Origin: an uncultured virus (IMG/VR IMGVR_UViG_3300009681_000519)
Lineage: Duplodnaviria > Heunggongvirae > Uroviricota > Caudoviricetes
Length of the DNA stretch: 64,000 bases
IMG/VR virus record: IMGVR_UViG_3300009681_000519
Strand: one strand, 5' to 3'
Each line of letters starts with the position of its first letter. Position 1 is the first letter of the stretch. The position numbers and the translations under genes are program-made. Shown here piece by piece: positions 57,757 to 64,000 of the stretch. The notes under the pieces were generated by a model. It did not search any database. It was given only the letters and a program-made list of their open reading frames with translations, and was not told the origin of the DNA.

Positions 57757-58443
57757 TTAGGCCGGGCTGTAAGGGTTGCAGTTCCCAAACCGGACATACA
57801 ACGGCGGGCACAACGGGTTCGTCGCTTGGCACCGGCTCTGCGTCCACGCGAGGCGGGCGCGGGCCGCGGCAACCTGCATCTCCTCCCACGTCACAGCTCC
57901 GCGTGCCCGCATCATGGCAGCCCACTCAGCGAACACCCACGCCGGGTCGCCGAGCGTCATAAACGTCGGGTTGATGACCTCGCATCCGGCGTCGATTGCC
58001 GCCTGCTTCGTCGCGTTGTCGGTTAGATACTCACCGGCCCACAACAGCACGGTCGGCAGTTGCACCCCGCGCATGAGCAACCGGGGTTCGCCTTCGGCAC
58101 CGGGGCCGTGCCCGTACACCACGACATGCACGCACGGTTGAACGATTGGCGGGTGCCCGAACCGAGTGCAGGTCACCGTTCCGCTCACGCCCGCGACCCG
58201 CGCCCACACGTCATCGCCCGCGGCACCCATGAGGAACACCTCGATGTCCTCCCATGGTGCACCCCGACGCCGCATCTTCGTCGCGGTCATCAACGACGGT
58301 CCAAGCGTCGATTCGTCGGCAAGCACGCCGCCCTCAGCCTGCACCGCATAGGCGCGGTCGACCTCGCTGGGTGGGAACACGCTTCCCGGTGCAACCGGGC
58401 CGCCGGGCATCTGCACTTGGTTGAGGAGGACGAGGTTGCTCAT
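57757..58443 (-). CDS. Hypothetical protein with internal domain duplication
   Basis: MRRRGAPWEDI / MRARGAVTWEEM; TAGCCT-N6-ATG. Confidence 0.55.
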   Translation of the reverse strand: MSNLVLLNQVQMPGGPVAPGSVFPPSEVDRAYAVQAEGGVLADESTLGPSLMTATKMRRRGAPWEDIEVFLMGAAGDDVWARVAGVSGTVTCTRFGHPPIVQPCVHVVVYGHGPGAEGEPRLLMRGVQLPTVLLWAGEYLTDNATKQAAIDAGCEVINPTFMTLGDPAWVFAEWAAMMRARGAVTWEEMQVAAARARLAWTQSRCQATNPLCPPLYVRFGNCNPYSPA

Positions 58444-58474
58444 GCCCCGAGGCTACCATGCCCCGGTCGGCAGG

Positions 58475-59536
58475 TCAGCCGATGATGAGGCCGGGGCAAC
58501 CGATGCCGGGCGAGGTTTGCGGGAACGATGACACCTTCGGCAAGCACGCCCCGAACGCCGTCGCAATCGCCGCCATGCTTGCCGTCAACGTATCTGTCAT
58601 CGGGGTCGACTGCGCAATCGGCACCGCGAGCGCGTAGGCCGCATCGGCGAGCGGCAACGCCATCAACGAGGCGAGCGCGGCACCGGTGAGCGGGCCAGGG
58701 TTCGCCGTGTCAATCGCGATGCCAAGCTGCATGAGCATGTGGGCGACGAGGTTGACGACCGATTCGGTCGTCGCCGCGTGTTCCGTCGCCGCGTTGCCCG
58801 ACGTGATGATGTTGAGCGCGTCGGGCACCGACAACGTGTTGTTGCCGACCCCTCCCGTCGCGCTCAGGTTCAACACCGCATCGTCGAGCCGCAGGCTGAT
58901 GCACTTGTCGGTGAAGTTGAGCTGGATGAGTGCCGACCCGTCCTTCGTCGAGATTCCGATGACATCGGAGCCGATCTGGAACCCCGACGAATCGCCGTTC
59001 AACAGCGTCACGGCCCCCTTGCTATCGATGCCGATGAGCGCCCCGGTGAGCGCCGACCGAATCGTGTAGGGGCCTGCGTACTCATGCACGACCGGGGTGC
59101 GGCACCGGCGGAAGCCAAAGGTGTTCGTCGTCGGGTCCTGCCCGGCGATCGAATCCATGGGGAACTTGTCAATCGCGTTGTTGAGCCGACCGATGATGCA
59201 GCAGTCGGCCGTTTCCGCCCCTTCGGGGATTGCGACCAGCACCTCGTCGCCCTTGACGTAGGGGTGGAACTCCCCCTCGCCGTTGCCCGCAACCGACCCC
59301 GCCGTGCGGCAGTACACCGGCACCATCGACGGTTGCAGCATGACCTTGACGAGCGGCCCGTACTGCTCATCGAACACGACCTCGGGTTCGGTGTCGTCCT
59401 GCGTCTGCCCCTCGACGAGCCCGTAGCTGATCCATTGCCGCGGGTCGATACCGGGGAACCGCAACCCTTCGGCGAACGTGCGCAGGTCGAGGTTGAGTCG
59501 GGGCAACGCACCGGGTCGGCGGGGTCGGCGGGCCAT
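58475..59536 (-). CDS. Baseplate central spike (gpV/gp5 OB-fold-like)
   Basis: GEFHPYVKGDEVLVAIPEG…IIGRL followed by beta-repeats. Confidence 0.75.
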   Translation of the reverse strand: MARRPRRPGALPRLNLDLRTFAEGLRFPGIDPRQWISYGLVEGQTQDDTEPEVVFDEQYGPLVKVMLQPSMVPVYCRTAGSVAGNGEGEFHPYVKGDEVLVAIPEGAETADCCIIGRLNNAIDKFPMDSIAGQDPTTNTFGFRRCRTPVVHEYAGPYTIRSALTGALIGIDSKGAVTLLNGDSSGFQIGSDVIGISTKDGSALIQLNFTDKCISLRLDDAVLNLSATGGVGNNTLSVPDALNIITSGNAATEHAATTESVVNLVAHMLMQLGIAIDTANPGPLTGAALASLMALPLADAAYALAVPIAQSTPMTDTLTASMAAIATAFGACLPKVSSFPQTSPGIGCPGLIIG

Positions 59537-59538
59537 GG

Positions 59539-61275
59539 CTACTCGCTCTCCACGTTGACCGTCGTCGGTTGCACGTTCAATGGCGGCGGCTCGATCTGCT
59601 CGCCCGGCGGCAGCACCTTGTCGGCACGAATCTCGATGTAGTTGATGAGTTCGAGGTCGAGCTTCACGCCCTCCTCGTTCGACCAATCCATCTGCATCGA
59701 CCGCAACCGGAACGTCTTGGGCAACCCGATGTTGTTGACCGAATCGCTGTACGTCTTCGCGAACTCGCGCGAGTACCCGATGCGCCGCAGGAACCGTTCG
59801 GCGTCGGTCACGGTTGCGTCCTCGGCCTCGCCGACCGTGAACACCAAGTCGCGGTCGATGCCGACATCAACCGGGTCGCCCGGCTTGAGGTCGAGCAGGT
59901 CGGGGTCGCGGTTGCTGCCGCCGAACGAAGCGAGGTTCTTCGTCGACACCCGCACTTGCACCTCGTTGCGCGACTGCGTTTCGTAGTAGGTCTGCGCGAT
60001 GAGGCGCAACGTCTTTTCGTCCTTCACGCCCTGGATGCGGACCACTTGCCACTTCTCGTCGGTCGCGTTGCCCGGCGGTGCCCGCAACACCCGGTCGCCC
60101 TTGAGCGGGTATCGGGCGACGAGCGTCTTCTTGCGTTCCCCGTTGTAGCACCGCACCTCGATGTTCGTCGGCACTTGCTTCGTGAACCGACGCCGCACCG
60201 ACATCTCGGCGAGGTTGCGCCCGTACACGAGCAGCCGGTTCTTGAGCACCCGCCCCGACGGCAACACCCGCCCCGTGAACGGGTCGTCGGGCCGCGTGCC
60301 GTAGCGGTTCGAGTACTTCGTGTGCGGCGGTTGCACGATGACCGTCACGCCGTCGAAGTAGGCGACATGCCCGACCGCCCCGCACACGTCGACGATGTAG
60401 TCCCACACCGTGAGCTTGCTGTCGCCGCCCCCCTTCGGGGCCGGGCCGAGATTCGGCCGGAACGCCGTCTTGGCGAGGGCATCGCCGAGCACCGGCGGTG
60501 GCGTGCCGACCGGCCGATACTCGACCGCGAGCCCGCGGAACTGCGGGAAGTTCGCGAGGTAGTTTGCAATCGCCTCGTCGAGCGGCTTCTTGCCGTCGAT
60601 GGTCAACGCGGGCGGTGCGGGCTGGTCGACGAGCAGGCGCGAGTTGTCGCTGCACTCCAACCGCACGATCGGTTCGTCCTCGTCGGGGAACTCCGTTTCA
60701 ATGTCGTCGACCCACCCCTGGAACCGAAGGTTGGTTCGCGGCTTCCCGGCCGGGTCGGTGAACGTGTCGGGCACGACGTTCAACGGTTCGCCGCTACCCT
60801 CCGCACCCGATGCACCCGATGGCCGCGATGCACCCGCGAGCCCGCGGCGGAAGTCATCGGCCGTGACCGTGCCGAGGTAGAACTCGATGGCGCACGACCG
60901 GATCGCCCGAGGGTCGAGCGGGAAGTCGGCATAGCGCAGCTCGACCGACAGCTTGTTGCCGTCCCTGATGCCCTGCATGCGCAACGTCGCCGTGACCGGG
61001 ATGATGCCGCCGATCTCGCGCGTGAGGTTGTCGCTGCTCGTCGTCTGCTGCTGCGGCGGGCCGCCGGGCAACGGGCCGCCCTTCGCCTTGAGCTTCCACG
61101 CATTGCCGTCCTTGACGACCGCGAGCGACGGGTCCTGCCCGGCACCGCGCATCGTGAGCGGCTTCTTCGCTGGTGGTGGCGGCAGCAACCGCGACCCGTA
61201 GTCCTCGAACCGAATCGACAACCGGACCTTGGCCGACGGGAAGTAGTTCTGGGGCGGCACTTCGCGGTCGGGCAT
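59539..61275 (-). CDS. Baseplate hub / tail protein (gpD/gp44-like)
   Basis: FQGWVD…LECSD…LTVWDYIVD…LLVYGRN…LKPGD; lies between the LysM tail gene and the spike. Confidence 0.65.
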   Translation of the reverse strand: MPDREVPPQNYFPSAKVRLSIRFEDYGSRLLPPPPAKKPLTMRGAGQDPSLAVVKDGNAWKLKAKGGPLPGGPPQQQTTSSDNLTREIGGIIPVTATLRMQGIRDGNKLSVELRYADFPLDPRAIRSCAIEFYLGTVTADDFRRGLAGASRPSGASGAEGSGEPLNVVPDTFTDPAGKPRTNLRFQGWVDDIETEFPDEDEPIVRLECSDNSRLLVDQPAPPALTIDGKKPLDEAIANYLANFPQFRGLAVEYRPVGTPPPVLGDALAKTAFRPNLGPAPKGGGDSKLTVWDYIVDVCGAVGHVAYFDGVTVIVQPPHTKYSNRYGTRPDDPFTGRVLPSGRVLKNRLLVYGRNLAEMSVRRRFTKQVPTNIEVRCYNGERKKTLVARYPLKGDRVLRAPPGNATDEKWQVVRIQGVKDEKTLRLIAQTYYETQSRNEVQVRVSTKNLASFGGSNRDPDLLDLKPGDPVDVGIDRDLVFTVGEAEDATVTDAERFLRRIGYSREFAKTYSDSVNNIGLPKTFRLRSMQMDWSNEEGVKLDLELINYIEIRADKVLPPGEQIEPPPLNVQPTTVNVESE

Positions 61276-61279
61276 CGGG

Positions 61280-62566
61280 TCACTCCCCCACGAGGTTCTT
61301 GATGGTGGCGAGGTTGGGGATGATGAGCACCGCCCCGACCGGCGGTGCGACCGCGAACGCGACCGGCGTGCGCTTGAGCCCGCCACCGACCGGCACGACC
61401 GGCGGCAGCGAGTTCTTGTTCACCTTTGCGATGGCGTACCCGTAGTCGGGCGTCTGGTAGAACATCATCGAGATCGACGCATAGGTGTCGCCCTTGCGCG
61501 CCACCCATACCCCGATGATGTCGGCGGGTGCCGCGCTCGACTTCGTGCGGCCCGAACCCGTCGGCCGCGATGCGCCCCGGTCGCGCGACCGTTCGAGCAG
61601 CACCACCGCCGAATCGGTCGCCTCGTTCACGTTGTCCTCGGTCGACCCGAAGTAGCTCGTCGTCTGCAACAGGTTCGACACCTTGTTCTGGAGCGCGAGC
61701 GTTTCCGGGGCCGGTTGCGAGATGGCGTCGCAGAACTGCGTGCACACCGCGACCGCGTTCGTCGCCGTGTCGACGCACTCGCCCGCGAGTTCGGCGGTCA
61801 ACCCGCGCATCTTGAGCGCGAGGTCGCCGATGTGCTTCAGCCGGTTCGTGATGGCGTCGCCGAACCGCGTGAACGATTGAAGCATCTTCATCGGGCCGTT
61901 GGCGAAGGCCTCGATGTCGCCGAGCGTGAACGTCGTCGCGGGCGGGTTCTGCGCCCGTTTCGATTGCTTCGCCGACGCTTGGTCGCTGAGGGCCTTCGAC
62001 ACCGCGTCGGCGAACTTCGCCTTTGCGTCGCGCACCGCCGCGTCAACGTCCTCGCCCCGCAGCGCAATCGCCCGTTGCATGACCCGACCGCGCGAGATCC
62101 ACTCGAACTTGATCTGCCATTGAATGTCGTCCATGCGGATATGCTTGAACGTCCACTCAGCGGCCCGGCCCTCGCGCATGATCGACCGCGCATCGTCGTC
62201 GGAACCGGTGGACCACGTGACACGCAACCGCGTGCCCGCGTTGAACAGCACGTCGAGGATCTCGCGCATCGTCGACGCCCGCACGATCGCCTGCTGCGGT
62301 GCACCGGCGGCCGACGTGAACCACGACGGGTCGACGATCATGCGGGTCGTGTTCCACTCACCTTCCCATTCCGACGGCAACTCGATCGGGCCGAGCACCT
62401 GTTGTGTCGCCTCGGCGTTGTTGCCGACGTACCACTTCGTGGACAGCCGCATCTGCGACCCCCAGGCGGCCCCCTGAAACGGCAACGCCGCACCGATGAG
62501 CCCGACCTTGCGCTTGTCGCCCGTCAGCTCCTCGATGACGATTGTGGATGATTGCTGAACCGCCAC
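61280..62566 (-). CDS. Tail tube-initiator-like protein with C-terminal LysM-like domain
   Basis: ATQQVLGP; C-terminal VARKGDTYASIS…YAIAKVN…LIIP. Confidence 0.65.
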   Translation of the reverse strand: MAVQQSSTIVIEELTGDKRKVGLIGAALPFQGAAWGSQMRLSTKWYVGNNAEATQQVLGPIELPSEWEGEWNTTRMIVDPSWFTSAAGAPQQAIVRASTMREILDVLFNAGTRLRVTWSTGSDDDARSIMREGRAAEWTFKHIRMDDIQWQIKFEWISRGRVMQRAIALRGEDVDAAVRDAKAKFADAVSKALSDQASAKQSKRAQNPPATTFTLGDIEAFANGPMKMLQSFTRFGDAITNRLKHIGDLALKMRGLTAELAGECVDTATNAVAVCTQFCDAISQPAPETLALQNKVSNLLQTTSYFGSTEDNVNEATDSAVVLLERSRDRGASRPTGSGRTKSSAAPADIIGVWVARKGDTYASISMMFYQTPDYGYAIAKVNKNSLPPVVPVGGGLKRTPVAFAVAPPVGAVLIIPNLATIKNLVGE

Positions 62567-62616
62567 GCCGACCTCCCGTCGTCAATGCGCGGCCGGGGTC
62601 GTCGGGTAGCAGTCCG

Positions 62617-63600
62617 TCAGTGGCAGCCCTTCGCCCCGGCCATCGTCTTCGTCGCCCACGTCGCAAGGGGCGGCTCGCCCTTTGCGCCCTTGCCGCCCTT
62701 GGCACCCTTGGCTGCCGCGGGCGGTGCGGCCGGGGCCGTTGCGGGTGCGGCGGGTGTCGTGGCACCGGCCGCGGCATCCTCCGGGGTCATCGTCGCAAGC
62801 TGCCCGACCTGCGCAATGGCGTCGGCCAGCATCGACTTGATCTCCTCGATCTGCGCCGCGGCACCGGCCGCAGCCGTGATGTCGTCGTCCTTCTTCGCCT
62901 CCTCGGCCGCTTTCACGATGTCGTCGGCGGTGTCGACCGCCTCCTCGGCCGACGCGAGGATGGCATCGGCCGTCGACGGGTCGTCGAGTTCATCGATCGC
63001 GTCCTGCAACTGCTTGAGCATGTCGGGCAGTTCGTCGGCGCACGCCGTCGCCTGTTCGACGAACTCGGTTGTGCTGTGCAGTTCGGTGCCAGCCGCGGCC
63101 TCGGCCGCCTGCGTCTCGGGCGATTCGGCCGCCTCGTCGGCCGCCGTTTCCACGCCCTCCTCGGGTGGCACCGCCGCATCGGGGCCGGTCGCACCCGTCG
63201 CACCGCATGCCGCCTGCACCGCCGTCGTGCATGCCTCGGCGCATGCGTCGGCGACCTCGGGCGGGCATGATGTCGCGCATGCCGCCTGCACCGCCGTCGC
63301 GCATGCCTCGGCAAGCTGTGCCCGGCACTCCTCCTCGGTCACACCGCCTTCAGCGAGCGAGGTCGCGACATCGTTGCAGGCCGCAACGCATGCGTCGGCG
63401 CATGCCGCCGCGCATGCCTCGGCCGATTCGGGCGGGCAGGCCTGCCCGCATGCGGCCATCACAGCCTCGGTGCATGCCGCCGCGCACTCGGCGCAGACCG
63501 CCTCGACATCGGCACCCGTCAGCATGCCGGTGCCGTCGGCATCGTCGTCGTCCACACCCGGCACCGGACCAACCAAACTCTTGAGCAACGGCATCGGCAT
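62617..63600 (-). CDS. Acidic Cys/Ala-rich helical protein (Csp/DUF326-like CxxxC repeats)
   Basis: 16 Cys in about 100 aa, mostly at CxxxC spacing; own TAGCCT -10 and GAGG RBS. Confidence 0.65.
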   Translation of the reverse strand: MPMPLLKSLVGPVPGVDDDDADGTGMLTGADVEAVCAECAAACTEAVMAACGQACPPESAEACAAACADACVAACNDVATSLAEGGVTEEECRAQLAEACATAVQAACATSCPPEVADACAEACTTAVQAACGATGATGPDAAVPPEEGVETAADEAAESPETQAAEAAAGTELHSTTEFVEQATACADELPDMLKQLQDAIDELDDPSTADAILASAEEAVDTADDIVKAAEEAKKDDDITAAAGAAAQIEEIKSMLADAIAQVGQLATMTPEDAAAGATTPAAPATAPAAPPAAAKGAKGGKGAKGEPPLATWATKTMAGAKGCH

Positions 63601-63665
63601 TGCGCACCTCGTCAGTTCCTTCGGCGAGGCTACCACGCCGCCCCGCGTTCATCCAACCCCGTCGG

Positions 63666-64000
63666 TCACGTACCAAACGGGCTCGTGGTGATGGCCTGCA
63701 ACCGGTTCTCGACAACGCGGGCGATGTCCCGCTCGAACACGATCGCAACCCGGTCGGGGTCCTGGTCCCTGAAGTTTTGCTCGATCTTGAACGTCGCCGA
63801 CCCGATTGACACCTCCGGGGCGGCTGGCTTCCCCTTGTCGCCCTTCGCCTTGTCCTTCGATGCGGCACCCTCAAGCTGCTTCGCGAGTTCGTCGAGTTCG
63901 GCCGACTTGCCCTTGATCATGTTCGCGAGGCTGTCCATCGCGTCACCGGTCAACGAGGTCGAATTGAGGAACGCGGATTGCAGCTCCTTGTTCTTGACCA
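63666..64000 (-). CDS. C-terminus of probable tape measure protein (partial)
   Basis: Open to the window edge; upstream of tube-initiator/hub genes; …KIEQNFRDQDPDRVA…. Confidence 0.5.
   Translation of the reverse strand, partial: VKNKELQSAFLNSTSLTGDAMDSLANMIKGKSAELDELAKQLEGAASKDKAKGDKGKPAAPEVSIGSATFKIEQNFRDQDPDRVAIVFERDIARVVENRLQAITTSPFGT

Larger units (their letters stand above)
7625..64000 (-). mobile_element. Large GC-rich tailed phage genome fragment (myovirus-like, contractile tail); host possibly Myxococcota
   Basis: Terminase, baseplate J/W/spike/hub, replisome genes, dense co-oriented overlapping ORFs, abrupt GC rise; no integrase seen. Confidence 0.93.

Noticed and set aside
7625..64000. 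Hundreds of long overlapping + strand and alternative-frame ORFs in the track
   Set aside because: Shadow ORFs expected in very GC-rich DNA: Arg/Pro-rich, no motifs, antisense to well-supported genes.

Overview
The window has two compositionally different parts joined abruptly at about 7620-7630. Bases 1-~7625 are moderate-GC bacterial housekeeping DNA: partial GH3-like gene, Cof-type HAD hydrolase, dxs, xseB, xseA, a glutaredoxin, a degenerate GGDEF membrane protein and a 5'-truncated gene. A Thermotogota-like origin is my impression only. Bases ~7625-64000 are a very GC-rich fragment of a large contractile-tailed phage, almost all on the minus strand. It encodes terminase subunits, a replication/recombination set (PolB, DnaB, DnaG, SF2 and DinG helicases, RecA, SSB-like, SbcCD, HJ resolvase), a sigma factor, two adenine methyltransferases, a ParB-like protein, several candidate wall hydrolases and holins, and a baseplate/tail module ending in a probable tape-measure C-terminus. 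A myxobacteria-style lipoprotein suggests a Myxococcota host. No integrase or att site is visible and the junction cuts genes on both sides, so a chimeric join is likely. The most notable signals are at DNA level: (i) a perfect 20-bp palindrome ACGGATGATCGATCATCCGT in 9 exact copies plus 1 variant, every ~1-9 kb, both at promoters and inside genes, where it always reads TDDRSSV; (ii) two classes of putative -10 elements (GCGGCATGAT and TAnnnT) 6-7 nt before start codons, implying widespread leaderless mRNAs; (iii) a parS-like site beside one palindrome; (iv) a Cys-rich, copper-storage-like helical protein in the tail module. All calls are from reading the sequence; no searches were run.
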